A stretch of 64,000 bases of DNA. Source: Kiritimatiellia bacterium (lineage in GTDB: Bacteria; Verrucomicrobiota; Kiritimatiellia; JAAZAB01). Positions within the stretch are counted from its first letter, which is position 1. Every line of letters starts with the position of its first letter. Under the pieces are notes generated by a model, which had not been told where the DNA came from, did no database searches, and saw only the letters and a program-made list of their open reading frames with translations. The translations under genes were made by a program, and so were the position numbers. The DNA is taken from NCBI GenBank assembly GCA_040767085.1, contig JAXGPF010000008.1, positions 1 to 64,000 of the forward strand, in the 5' to 3' direction. Positions 18,540 through 28,240 of this stretch are shown here, one piece after another.

Positions 18540-20903
18540 ATGTTTTGCAAAATCAATCCGCTGCTGCCGGCGCTTGCCGGACTGCTGCTTTCCGCCTGCG
18601 CGCTCCCGGCCGCGGTGATCCGGGAAATCCGGGTGGAAGCCGTGGATGTGCATTTCAACGACCGGGATTTCGTGATGGCGGCCACCCAGGTGCGCCCGGG
18701 CGACCAGGTGGATCAGCGCCGCATCTCCCGGGACGTGAAAACCCTCATGGGGACCGGCCGCTTTTCCTTCGTGGACAGCGAGTTGGTGGCTGCGGGTGCG
18801 GATTTCGACCTGGTTTACCGCGTGGCCGTCAAGCCGCGCCTGGAAAAACCGGTCACGGTGGAAGGCGCCGAGGACATGGGCGAACGCCATATCCGCAAGT
18901 GGCTGGGATTGGAACCGGGCGACGCGGTGGATGACGCCATCCTGAGCATGCGTTCCCGCAAGGTCCGGGAGGAGTATCACCGCCGGTTTTATCCCGACGT
19001 CAAGCTTGCCTGGGAGATCATCACCGAGCCGGCCACCGGATTCGCCCGGGTGATCTACCGCGTGCAGGAAGGCGGCCGCGCCACGCTGCGCCGCGTGAAA
19101 TTCACCGGCAACACCTACCAGCCGCCCGGCTGGGGCGAACGGTTTGCCGCCGGCCTGCGCCGGAGAGAAGCCGTTTCCCCGGCATCCGTGCCGCCGGAAC
19201 AGCTCGAAACCGTCATGCAGCCGCGCCTCTGGCATGTTTTTTCGTTTTTCACCAAGCGTGGCGCTTACAATCCAGACGATCTGGACGCCGACCGCGAGGC
19301 CTTGCGCGTGCTTTACTTGAACCGGGGCTATCTCGACGCGCGGATCGACGCGCCGGAAGTAAACTATTACCAGCCGCGCAAACTGGAAGCGGTGTACCAC
19401 ATCACGGAAGGGCCGCAATACCGCCTGGGTGAAATCAACTTGCGGGAGCATACCCGCTTCCCCGCCGCGGAACTCCAACCGCTGGTCAAACTGCGGCCGG
19501 GCGATATCGCCGGCATGGGCGCCATTAACCGCGCGGCGGATGCCCTCCGCGATTACTACTGGAACCGCGGTTATATGCGCGCCAGCGTACGCCCCCGCTT
19601 GCGGCCCCGTCCGTCGGACCCGGTGGTGGACGTGGAATTCCAGTTTCACGAGGGCGACGTGGTCAATATCCGTTACGTGGATATCCGCGGCAATACCCGC
19701 ACGAAAGACCGTGTCATCCGCCGGGAATTGGCGGTTTATCCGGGCGAACTCTACAACATGGTCAAGGTCCGGCAAAGCGAGCGCATCCTGCGCAACCTGG
19801 GTTTCTTTTCCAATGTCAGCAGCTATCCGCGCGAGACGGGCGAGTCGTACCGCGACGACCTGGTGTTTGAAGTCGAGGAAACGCGCACCGGCCAGTTCAT
19901 GCTGGGCGCCGGTTATTCCAGCATTGACGAGATCATCGGGTTTGTCGAGGTGTCCCAGGGCAATTTCGATCTTTTCGGCTGGCCGAAGTTCACCGGCGCC
20001 GGCCAGAAATTGCGCTTGCGCGCCCAGGTCGGCAGCGAAACCGAGGAATACCTGATGTCGCTGACGGAGCCCTGGTTTTTGGGCCGCAAACTTTCGCTGG
20101 GCGGGGAGCTTTACCGCAATGTCCATAAGAACCTGAGCGATTATTACAACGAGCGGCGGTTGGGCGGGGCCATCACCCTGGGGAAACCGTTGCGGGGATT
20201 CTTCCACCGCGCCAACCTGCGTTATGGCCTGGAAGAAATCACCATTTACGACGTATCCTCCAACGCCGTCCAGCGCATCCAGGACGAGGAAGGCAGCCGC
20301 CTGGTCAGTTCCCTCAAGCTCACTTTGATCCATGATACCCGCGACAATTACTTCGTGCCGACCCGCGGGGTGCGCGCCACGGTGGCCAGCCGCCTGGCCG
20401 GCGGCCCTCTGGCCGGCGACGTGGATATGTACGGCCTGGAAGCCGATGCTTCCGCCTATTACCCGCTCTGGTTCGGCCACGTCTTCAACCTGCGCGGCTG
20501 GGCCGCCGTGGTGCAGGAATACGGCAAGGACGACGATGTGCGCATTTTCGACCGCCTGTTCCTGGGCGGCGCGCGCACCCTGCGCGGATTCAAATACCGG
20601 TACGTCAGCCCCTACGAGGAAGGCGAGCCGATCGGCGGCAAGACCGCCGCCCTGGCGGCGGCGGAATACACCGTGCCGATCACCCGCAAGATTCTGCGCG
20701 CCGCGGTGTTTTACGAACTGGGCAATGTCTGGATGGACGCCTACGAAATGGATACAACCTATTGTTCCGACGCCGGCATTGGCCTGCGCCTGGATATCCC
20801 CGGTTTTCCCATCCGCGTGGATTATGCCTGGCCCCTGGAAATCAGCGGCGACGTGGAACGCACTTCGGCCCGGTTTAATTTCTGGCTGGGATATGGATTC
20901 TAA
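18540..20903 (+). CDS. bamA: Outer membrane protein assembly factor BamA
   Basis: POTRA repeats, GNTRTKDRVIRRE, LGGARTLRGF, PIRVDYAWP, C-terminal F. Confidence 0.97.
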   Translation: MFCKINPLLPALAGLLLSACALPAAVIREIRVEAVDVHFNDRDFVMAATQVRPGDQVDQRRISRDVKTLMGTGRFSFVDSELVAAGADFDLVYRVAVKPRLEKPVTVEGAEDMGERHIRKWLGLEPGDAVDDAILSMRSRKVREEYHRRFYPDVKLAWEIITEPATGFARVIYRVQEGGRATLRRVKFTGNTYQPPGWGERFAAGLRRREAVSPASVPPEQLETVMQPRLWHVFSFFTKRGAYNPDDLDADREALRVLYLNRGYLDARIDAPEVNYYQPRKLEAVYHITEGPQYRLGEINLREHTRFPAAELQPLVKLRPGDIAGMGAINRAADALRDYYWNRGYMRASVRPRLRPRPSDPVVDVEFQFHEGDVVNIRYVDIRGNTRTKDRVIRRELAVYPGELYNMVKVRQSERILRNLGFFSNVSSYPRETGESYRDDLVFEVEETRTGQFMLGAGYSSIDEIIGFVEVSQGNFDLFGWPKFTGAGQKLRLRAQVGSETEEYLMSLTEPWFLGRKLSLGGELYRNVHKNLSDYYNERRLGGAITLGKPLRGFFHRANLRYGLEEITIYDVSSNAVQRIQDEEGSRLVSSLKLTLIHDTRDNYFVPTRGVRATVASRLAGGPLAGDVDMYGLEADASAYYPLWFGHVFNLRGWAAVVQEYGKDDDVRIFDRLFLGGARTLRGFKYRYVSPYEEGEPIGGKTAALAAAEYTVPITRKILRAAVFYELGNVWMDAYEMDTTYCSDAGIGLRLDIPGFPIRVDYAWPLEISGDVERTSARFNFWLGYGF

Positions 20904-20920
20904 GAAAAGGAGCAACAATC

Positions 20921-21508
20921 ATGCGCCAACATTTGATCGGAACTTGCGCGGCCCTGGCGGCGGCGTTTTTAACCGGCGCGCCGGCGCCGTCCGCCGGCGG
21001 GGCGGAGTTGAAGGTGGCGACGGTCTCCATGGAACGCCTGTTCGACAACTACCACCGGACCCAGACGTTTAACGCGGATTTGAAGAAACGCGCCGCGGCG
21101 TTAGAAAACAAACGCGACCAGCTGGTGCTGGAGGCCAAGACCAAGCAACGCGCGCTGGAAACCGTCGCGGAGGAAGCGCGCGACCGTTCCCTGAGCGAGA
21201 GCGAGCGCGAACGCAAGAAGCGCGAAGCCGAGGAGGCTTATGCCCGCGCGCGCGCCGCGGAGGAAGCGGTGGCGGAGTTCGATCGCACGGAAAAGCGCCG
21301 GTTCAGCGAGGAAATGCGCGATGCCCAGCAGGAACTGGTCAAGGAGATCCGGCAGGTGATCCGCGAGTATGCCGCGCAGAAGGGTTATACCCTGGTGCTG
21401 GATCTCTCGGGCAAAACGCTGAACGGCGTGGAGGCGGTGGTGCATGCCGATCCGGGATTTGAAATCACCGAGCCGGTGTTGGAACTCTTGAACAAGAAAG
21501 GCCAATGA
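20921..21508 (+). CDS. skp: OmpH/Skp periplasmic chaperone
   Basis: Signal peptide, [11 protein letters not shown], coiled coil, [15 protein letters not shown]; lies between bamA and lpxD. Confidence 0.92.
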   Translation: MRQHLIGTCAALAAAFLTGAPAPSAGGAELKVATVSMERLFDNYHRTQTFNADLKKRAAALENKRDQLVLEAKTKQRALETVAEEARDRSLSESERERKKREAEEAYARARAAEEAVAEFDRTEKRRFSEEMRDAQQELVKEIRQVIREYAAQKGYTLVLDLSGKTLNGVEAVVHADPGFEITEPVLELLNKKGQ

Positions 21509-21509
21509 T

Positions 21510-22574
21510 ATGCCAGCGTCTCTGACCGTGACGGAAATCGCCGAGCGCCTCGGCGGGCTTTTGGAAGGCGATGGACATGCGGTCATCACCGGCCTGGCCG
21601 GCATCCGCGAGGCCCAGGCCGGCCAGTTGAGCTTCGTGGCGAACCCCCAGTATGCCGCCGCCGCTGCCGCGACGCAGGCCAGCGCGGTCATTGTCGCCGC
21701 GGATTGGTCGCGGCCGTGTTCCGCGGCGCTGATCCGGGTGAATAATCCCGACAAGGCGTTCGCGGCGGCCGCCCAGTGGTTTGCGCCGCCCGCGCCGCCG
21801 CCCCTGACGGGGGTGCATCCCACGGCTATCGTGGCGCCGGATGTCATCCTGGGCGGCGGGGCGGCTCTGGGTCCGTATTGCGTGGTGGAAGCGGGCGCGC
21901 GGATCGGCGAACGCGCCATCTTGCATGCCGGCTGTTATATCGGGCATGGCGCGGCCGTGGGCGCCGATTGCCGGTTGTATCCCCATGTTTCCATCCGCGA
22001 ATATTGCCGGCTGGGCGACCGCTGTATCCTGCATAACGGCGTGGTTATCGGCAGCGACGGGTTCGGCTATGTCCAGGAAGGCGCCATCCGCCGCAAAATC
22101 CCTCAAATCGGGATTGTGGTCATCGGCGACGATGTGGAAATCGGCGCCAACACCACGGTGGACCGCGCCCGCTTCGGCCAGACCCGCATCGGCAATGGCG
22201 TCAAGATTGACAACCTGGTACAGATTGCCCACAACGTGATCATCGGCGATAATGCCGTGATTGTCGCGCAGGTGGGCATTTCCGGCAGCAGCACTATCGG
22301 CGCGCGCGCAATCCTGGCGGGCCAGGTGGGCATTGCCGGGCATTTGACCATCGGGGAGGATGTGATCATCGGCGCCCAGTCGGGTGTGAGCAAAAGCATC
22401 CCGGCGAAATCATTCGTGCTGGGCAGTCCGGCCCAGCCTTACGAGAAGACGGTGAAAATTCACGCCATGACCATGCGCCTGCCGGAATTGAAAGAAAAAC
22501 TGGCGGCGCTGGAGCAGCGCCTGGCGGCCTTGGAAAAACCGCCTGCCGCCGCCGGCCAGCGTCCTCGCGCCTGA
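21510..22574 (+). CDS. lpxD: UDP-3-O-(3-hydroxyacyl)glucosamine N-acyltransferase
   Basis: Hexapeptide repeats, [32 protein letters not shown]. Confidence 0.98.
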   Translation: MPASLTVTEIAERLGGLLEGDGHAVITGLAGIREAQAGQLSFVANPQYAAAAAATQASAVIVAADWSRPCSAALIRVNNPDKAFAAAAQWFAPPAPPPLTGVHPTAIVAPDVILGGGAALGPYCVVEAGARIGERAILHAGCYIGHGAAVGADCRLYPHVSIREYCRLGDRCILHNGVVIGSDGFGYVQEGAIRRKIPQIGIVVIGDDVEIGANTTVDRARFGQTRIGNGVKIDNLVQIAHNVIIGDNAVIVAQVGISGSSTIGARAILAGQVGIAGHLTIGEDVIIGAQSGVSKSIPAKSFVLGSPAQPYEKTVKIHAMTMRLPELKEKLAALEQRLAALEKPPAAAGQRPRA

Positions 22575-22600
22575 GCCGGCGCGCTCTTGCGCCGCCGCGC

Positions 22601-24295
22601 TCAATGGCGCGCGGGGAAGGCATCCCGGCGGAGACGCGGCGGCACGCCCTGGTTATAGCCGGCGAAAAACGCCGTCACATCAGCGGGCGCGGTCCAGCCC
22701 CGGCTGGCGAGACAATCGCCGACGCGGAACAAATCGCGCCCGGCGCGGCGGCGGGATACCCGCCATTGCCGACGCACCCCGTCCAGGTCCACCGCCCACA
22801 GCCTGGCCGGCGCGCCGCCGGCCATGACGTTTTCGTGTTTCAAGTCGCGGTTGGAATATTGGTTGCCGTGAAACGCCGCGGCCAGACGCCCGTAGGCGGC
22901 CATCAAGCCGGCGCGTTCCGCGGCCGGCATACCCGGCCGCGCCAGCCGGTCCGCCAGCGGCTCGGCGGGCAGTTCGGCCGTCAGCAGGTATTCCGCAACA
23001 CGCCGGCCTCTCCGCCACACGGCGCACCATCCCAGGGGGGGCGCCGTGGGTATGGCAGCGGCGTCAAGCCGCCGCGCCATTTCGAAGCCGTGGCGGGCCC
23101 GGCCGGCGCGGAACAGGGTTTGCCATCCGCGCCATAGCCCGCGGCGCGGCCAATAGGTTTTGATGACCAGTCCATCCAGAGCGGCCACGCGGCAGCCGTG
23201 GTAATGTTTCAATACGCGTCCCGCATCCCCGGCCTGGGTGAAGGGCAGCGGCCCGGATGCGGCGGCAGGCCAGTGGCGCGCGAGCCATGCGCGCAGGGCG
23301 TCCGCCTGTTCGGGAGCGGCCTGCCAGACCCAGCCGCGATGGCGGAAGGAGCGGGACGGCGGAACCGGGCGCGGACGCCGGAGCATGACCGTTGCCGCCA
23401 GCAGCGCCAGCAGCATAATGGCGGCCAACAGGGCGTCGGTGAAATCCGCCAGCGTGCCGAACCAGATGGAAGGCGGCCGGGCGTGATTTGTCTCGGTGAA
23501 AAAGTGGTGGAATTTAATCACCCAGACCCAGGCGGCATGGGCGCCGATGCTTTGCCATAAGCCGCCGGTGCGCATGAGAAAGGCGCACAAAACGATTCCC
23601 AGCAGCGTCAGGTTGCAGAAGCGCAGGAGGAAGGCATCGGTCCGCGGTATATTGGCGAAAGTGTCGAGGTACACCTGCCAGACGGCGGCGCCCGGGGTAG
23701 CGGCTTCAAACGCTTCCAGCGCGGGGCTGAGGAAATGCGCCAGCGCGAAAATGGCGCTGGAAATCACCGCCGCCGGCCACGCCCGCCAGAGCCGCGCGCC
23801 GATGCGGAATAAAATGCCCCGGCAGACGATTTCTTCCAGCAGGCCGACGGTAATGCCGGAAAGCAGGAAAGACAGCGTTTTATCGGGCATGACGGCCCAG
23901 TCCGCCGGCGGCGTGATAATCCGGAAGTCCAGCAGCCAGGCGGCGACGCTCATGCCGCCGAGCGTTATCAGGCCGATCAGCATCCCCAGTCCGAGTTCCC
24001 GCCGCCAGCGCGGTCCGAGGTTGAAACCGCAGTCGCGCCAGCCCCGCCATCCGGCGATTTTCAGAAACAGTCCCAGAAAAATCAGACCGACCGCCAGAAT
24101 GCACCGGCGCATCACCCGGTCGGCGCCCTTTTCCATCAGGAATTCCGCCGCCGGACCGCCCACACGGGCTGCGCCTTCCATAATCCATACCGCCGCGAAC
24201 GCCGCCAGGCCGATGCCGGCCGTCAGCAAGAGGGCCAGCAGCGCGAAAAGTTGCCAGCCGGGCGGGCGTGAGGATGCGGTATGGTTTTGATGCAT
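22601..24295 (-). CDS. CPBP (Abi/type II CAAX) intramembrane metalloprotease fused to an LPS-kinase (Kdo/InaA-like) domain
   Basis: EEIVCRG, FALAHF and GAHAAW CPBP motifs among multiple TM helices, then VIKTY, NRDLKHENV and AVDLDG kinase motifs. Confidence 0.85.
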   Translation of the reverse strand: MHQNHTASSRPPGWQLFALLALLLTAGIGLAAFAAVWIMEGAARVGGPAAEFLMEKGADRVMRRCILAVGLIFLGLFLKIAGWRGWRDCGFNLGPRWRRELGLGMLIGLITLGGMSVAAWLLDFRIITPPADWAVMPDKTLSFLLSGITVGLLEEIVCRGILFRIGARLWRAWPAAVISSAIFALAHFLSPALEAFEAATPGAAVWQVYLDTFANIPRTDAFLLRFCNLTLLGIVLCAFLMRTGGLWQSIGAHAAWVWVIKFHHFFTETNHARPPSIWFGTLADFTDALLAAIMLLALLAATVMLRRPRPVPPSRSFRHRGWVWQAAPEQADALRAWLARHWPAAASGPLPFTQAGDAGRVLKHYHGCRVAALDGLVIKTYWPRRGLWRGWQTLFRAGRARHGFEMARRLDAAAIPTAPPLGWCAVWRRGRRVAEYLLTAELPAEPLADRLARPGMPAAERAGLMAAYGRLAAAFHGNQYSNRDLKHENVMAGGAPARLWAVDLDGVRRQWRVSRRRAGRDLFRVGDCLASRGWTAPADVTAFFAGYNQGVPPRLRRDAFPARH

Positions 24296-24335
24296 GCGTC
24301 TTCCGTTCAGCGTCCGGCGCCAGCTTGCATTCCGA

Positions 24336-25634
24336 TTAACGCGGGGCTTTGGCCATGGCGCAAATCTTATGGTACACCGATTCCGCGATGATTTGCAAGC
24401 CTTTCTGGCGGAAATGGATGCCATCGCGGGAAAAATACTGGTCGAATTCCGGCGCGGCGCCGAGCGCATGCAAATCCAGCAGTTCGGCGCCGGTGCGTCC
24501 GGCTACTTGCCTGGTCAAATCCGCGTAGGCATCGTGCACCGCATTGAAGTCAATGCCGGCGGCCGCTTCCCGAAACTTGTACTGGTTGGCCTCCACCTCG
24601 CGGCGGGGCGCGGTGATCAGCAGGGGGCGGGCGCCCGCCGCCCGGATTTCCTTGACGAATTCGGTCAGAATGTCGGTATACTCCTCCGGCGGCACGCGGA
24701 AGCCCGGCTGGTCCCGCACCGGAAGCCCCTGGTTGCCATTGGCGAACAAATTAAAGAGCAACATGAAACAGCGCTTGCGCTTTAACAGGTTATACATGGC
24801 GCCCTGCCAGGGTTCGACCTTGATGGCCATGCGGTTGCGGTCGGTCTGCATTTCCAGCCAGTGATCGTTCCAGCCGAAAAAAATGGTGACGATGTCCGGC
24901 TGCAACTGGCGGGCCTGGGTTTTGAACACTTTTAATCCCTGGGCCGAGGAATACCCGTAAACCGCCATGTTGAAAGCGTCCCAGCGGTTGGAGGTCGGAG
25001 GCGCCGCCGCCAGCAGGTTGTTCAGCAACTGGCTGTAGGGCGGGTGGCCCTGGGCCGTCACGGAATCCCCCATGCAGATGACGCGCATGCCGCCGGGCGG
25101 TTTGACGGGGTCCACCTCCCGGTCGCGGTACCCCAGGCGGTTGATCAGAAGCTTGTCATAGCGTTTGCCGGGATGGAATTTCCAGAGCAGTTCCGGATCC
25201 GAGTATCCCTCGTTGCGGGCTTGCGCGCCATCTTCATCCGTGGTCTCGAAGATTACCGGCGCCATTTCGACATGGAAGCCGGACCGGCCCAGCAGCCATT
25301 CCAGGGCGCCCACCGCGGCGTAGAGCGACAGCAGGGCCAGCACGGCCTGGCGCGGCCAGAAACCGTCCAGCAGACCGCGGAGCGGCCGCCCGCGCCGACG
25401 GGCCCATGCCTTGAGGGCGATCCGCGCCGCCAGCAGGAGTGCGATCGCCAGCCAGGGTTTGAAGTTAGAGTTGACGGTCAGTTTGAAAGGTCCCGCGCGG
25501 AGCAGCAGCGGGTCCAGCAGCCAGGCCGCCGGCAGCACCAGCAGGGCCGCCAGGCAGGACCAATCCAGGGCAGCCAGCCAGCCGGCCAAACCGCCGTGCC
25601 TGGAGGCGGAGGGTGGGCGGAGCGTATTCATCAT
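24336..25634 (-). CDS. Membrane-anchored SGNH/GDSL hydrolase
   Basis: Three N-terminal TM helices, INRLGYRD, CMGDSVT, AVYGYSSAQG, FGWND, DGIHF; TGATG coupling to the upstream gene. Confidence 0.88.
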   Translation of the reverse strand: MMNTLRPPSASRHGGLAGWLAALDWSCLAALLVLPAAWLLDPLLLRAGPFKLTVNSNFKPWLAIALLLAARIALKAWARRRGRPLRGLLDGFWPRQAVLALLSLYAAVGALEWLLGRSGFHVEMAPVIFETTDEDGAQARNEGYSDPELLWKFHPGKRYDKLLINRLGYRDREVDPVKPPGGMRVICMGDSVTAQGHPPYSQLLNNLLAAAPPTSNRWDAFNMAVYGYSSAQGLKVFKTQARQLQPDIVTIFFGWNDHWLEMQTDRNRMAIKVEPWQGAMYNLLKRKRCFMLLFNLFANGNQGLPVRDQPGFRVPPEEYTDILTEFVKEIRAAGARPLLITAPRREVEANQYKFREAAAGIDFNAVHDAYADLTRQVAGRTGAELLDLHALGAAPEFDQYFSRDGIHFRQKGLQIIAESVYHKICAMAKAPR

Positions 25635-25795
25635 CAGAAGAGGGTGTAAATAAACGGCGCCACGGCCTGGCTGCTGACCACCAACAGCCCCGCCAGCAGC
25701 AGCAGCAGGAAGACGGGGATGATCCACCATTGCTTCTGGCGCCAGGCGAAGCCGAAAAATTGCCTAATCAGAATCCACAGGTGTTTGAAAAACAT
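25634..25795 (-). CDS. DUF5989 (SxtK-like) small membrane protein
   Basis: AAGGAGG RBS; KQWWIIP...AVAPFIYTLF signature. Confidence 0.9.
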   Translation of the reverse strand: MFFKHLWILIRQFFGFAWRQKQWWIIPVFLLLLLAGLLVVSSQAVAPFIYTLF

Positions 25796-25803
25796 ATGCC
25801 TCC

Positions 25804-27633
25804 TTAATCCAATACATAGTCCTTGCGCCAATCCATGGTTTCCGTCCAGGGCGGCTGGTCAGTCTTTTTCAAGATATACCCGCCCAGCGCCAGGCAATCC
25901 ATTTCCGTGCGCATGAAACACCGGTAGGCGTCTTCCGGCGTGCAGACGATCGGTTCGCCGCGCACGTTGAAGGAAGTGTTGATGATGGCGCCGCAGCCGG
26001 TCAATTCCTCGAAGGCCTTGATCAGGTCGTAGTATTCCGGGTTGGTGGCGCGGTTGACCGTCTGCACCCGGGCGGAATAGTCCACGTGGGTAATGGCGGG
26101 GACATCGGAGCGCGCCTGGTTGATGCGCTCGCGCAGCGGCAGCCGGGCGGCGTCTTCCTTGTTGACGCAGCGCGCCGCGCGCACGGGCGCCACCAGCAGC
26201 ATGTAGGGCGACGGCCGGTCCAGTTCGAAGAAATCGCCGACGCGCTCTTCCAGGCAGGTGGGCGCAAAAGGCCGGAACGATTCGCGGTACTTGATCTTCA
26301 GGTTCATGGTGGACTGCATCTTTGGCGAACGCGCATCGCCGATGATGGAGCGGTTGCCCAGGGCGCGCGGGCCGAATTCCATCCGCCCCTGCAACAGCCC
26401 GATGACTTGCTGGGCGGCGATCAGTTCGGCGATGCGCCGCGCGCGTTGGGCGGCATCCGGCAGATGTTCGGCGGGATAGCCCCGGGCCTGCAGCCAGGCG
26501 CCGATTTCCGCGTCGCTGAAGGCGGGCCCGAGATATGCGCCGCGCATGGCGTCGTGCCGCCCGTCCGGCTGGCGCGCGCCGCCGCAAACCTGGTGCCAGA
26601 CGGCCAGGGCCGCGCCCAGGGCGCCGCCGGCATCGCCGGCGGCAGGCTGAATCCATATGTCGGCGAAAGGCCCCTCGCGCAGCAGCCGGCCGTTGGCCAC
26701 GCAATTCAGCGCCACGCCGCCGGCGAGGCAGGCGGCGGAGCAGCCGGTGATCCGGCGGGCATGGCGCGCCATGCGCAGGACCACTTCCTCGGTGACATCC
26801 TGGATGGACCGCGCCAGGTCCATCTCGCGCCGGGTGATTTCCGATTCCGGGGAACGCGGCGGGCCGTCGAACAGCCCGTCGAATTTACGGTTGGTCATCC
26901 GCAGACCGTCCAGGTAGCCGAAATAATCGAGGTTCAGCCGGAAAGAGCCGTCCTCTTTCAGGTCGAGCAGGTTATCCAGGATGCGCTGCCGGTAAACCGG
27001 CTCGCCGAACGGCGCCAATCCCATGAGCTTGTACTCGCCGGAGTTTACCTTGAACCCGGTGAAGTAGGTGAAAGCCGAGTAGAGCAGGCCCAGCGAATGG
27101 GGGAAACGCAATTCCTTCAGCAGCCGCAATTGGTTGCCGCTGCCATGGCCGATTGTGCTGGTAGCCCATTCGCCGACGCCGTCCAGCGTCAGAATGGCGG
27201 CCTCGCGGAAAGGCGACGGGTAAAAGGCGCTGGCGGCGTGCGATTCATGATGTTCGGGGAAATAGAGCCGATAGCCGGATATGCCCAGTTGCGCCAGGGT
27301 GCGTTCGATTTCCAGGGGAATCCAGAGTTTGCGGCGCAGCCATAGCGGCACGGCCATCATGAACGAACGCAGGCCGCGGGGGGCGACGGCGAAATAGGTT
27401 TCAAGAATCCGCGCGAATTTGGTGATGGGTTTGTCGTAAAACGCCACCGCGTCCAGCTGGCGGCCGGTCAGGCCGCCGGCTTGCAGGCAGTAGCGCACGG
27501 CATTGACCGGGAAGCCGGCGTCGTGCTTGCGGCGGCTGAAGCGCTCTTCCTGCGCCGCGGCGATAATCTCCCCGTCGCGCAGCAGGGCGGCGGCGGAATC
27601 GTGGTAAAATGCGCTGATGCCCAGGATGTTCAT
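25804..27633 (-). CDS. Carbamoyltransferase (NodU/CmcH family)
   Basis: ILGISAFYHDSAA, QEERFSRRKHD, EHHESHAASAF, GEYKLMGLA, AGGVALNC, EFGPRALGNRS, INTSFNVRGEPIV. Confidence 0.97.
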   Translation of the reverse strand: MNILGISAFYHDSAAALLRDGEIIAAAQEERFSRRKHDAGFPVNAVRYCLQAGGLTGRQLDAVAFYDKPITKFARILETYFAVAPRGLRSFMMAVPLWLRRKLWIPLEIERTLAQLGISGYRLYFPEHHESHAASAFYPSPFREAAILTLDGVGEWATSTIGHGSGNQLRLLKELRFPHSLGLLYSAFTYFTGFKVNSGEYKLMGLAPFGEPVYRQRILDNLLDLKEDGSFRLNLDYFGYLDGLRMTNRKFDGLFDGPPRSPESEITRREMDLARSIQDVTEEVVLRMARHARRITGCSAACLAGGVALNCVANGRLLREGPFADIWIQPAAGDAGGALGAALAVWHQVCGGARQPDGRHDAMRGAYLGPAFSDAEIGAWLQARGYPAEHLPDAAQRARRIAELIAAQQVIGLLQGRMEFGPRALGNRSIIGDARSPKMQSTMNLKIKYRESFRPFAPTCLEERVGDFFELDRPSPYMLLVAPVRAARCVNKEDAARLPLRERINQARSDVPAITHVDYSARVQTVNRATNPEYYDLIKAFEELTGCGAIINTSFNVRGEPIVCTPEDAYRCFMRTEMDCLALGGYILKKTDQPPWTETMDWRKDYVLD

Positions 27634-27634
27634 G

Positions 27635-28096
27635 TCAGTATTGCCGCGACCAGTGCTCCGGATCGGTAATTGGCGCGCGGTCATCCCAGTACGTGCCGGC
27701 CCGCGGATCCCACCGGCGCCGCAGCGGATCGCGGCCGCGCAGCCGCAAACCCAGCCGGCCCAGCCCGAAAACCGTGTAAAAAATCGGCGCCAGCAGCAGC
27801 CAGGTCGTGGCCGTGCCGGCTGTCCGCCCCAGCCAGGCGCCGGCGCGGTCGAATCCCGCCAGGATTTTCGGGCAGCCCAGGATGCCCGCCAGCATCAATC
27901 CGGCCAGCATCCAGACCAGGCTGCCCGCGAGGCGGTGCTGCAGGCCGAAAAACAGGCCGGCGCCCGCGATGAGCATGACGGCAATTTGCGCCAGGCGCCG
28001 GCGGGTTACAGTAGTGGCGGCAGCCGCATTGGAGGATGGGGGCGCGACCGGCGGAATTTCACGCCAGGCCCATGCGGTGTTGCGGCTTTTTGACAT
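27635..28096 (-). CDS. SxtJ family membrane protein
   Basis: TM helices, LLAPIFYTVF..G, GRDPLRRRWD...TYW, ends RQY; adjacent to the carbamoyltransferase. Confidence 0.85.
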   Translation of the reverse strand: MSKSRNTAWAWREIPPVAPPSSNAAAATTVTRRRLAQIAVMLIAGAGLFFGLQHRLAGSLVWMLAGLMLAGILGCPKILAGFDRAGAWLGRTAGTATTWLLLAPIFYTVFGLGRLGLRLRGRDPLRRRWDPRAGTYWDDRAPITDPEHWSRQY

Positions 28097-28240
28097 ACAA
28101 TGATTATTTCTCTGGCGCGGATTTCAAATTAGCCGGGGATTCTCGCAAAACATGCGCGAACAGACAAGCATATTTGTCGGAAAACTGAAAAAAATTACCA
28201 GCGGACACGCAGGCGCATCCGGGGAAGAGGACGCGGCGGA

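Noticed and set aside
16929-20918. 1329-aa minus-strand ORF and many similar long antisense ORFs
   Set aside because: Shadow frames of dnaB, bamA and other genes caused by high GC3; no recognisable motifs
25634-28096. Saxitoxin biosynthesis (sxtI/J/K-like genes)
   Set aside because: No sxtA, sxtG or other core genes; this trio is widespread outside toxin producers
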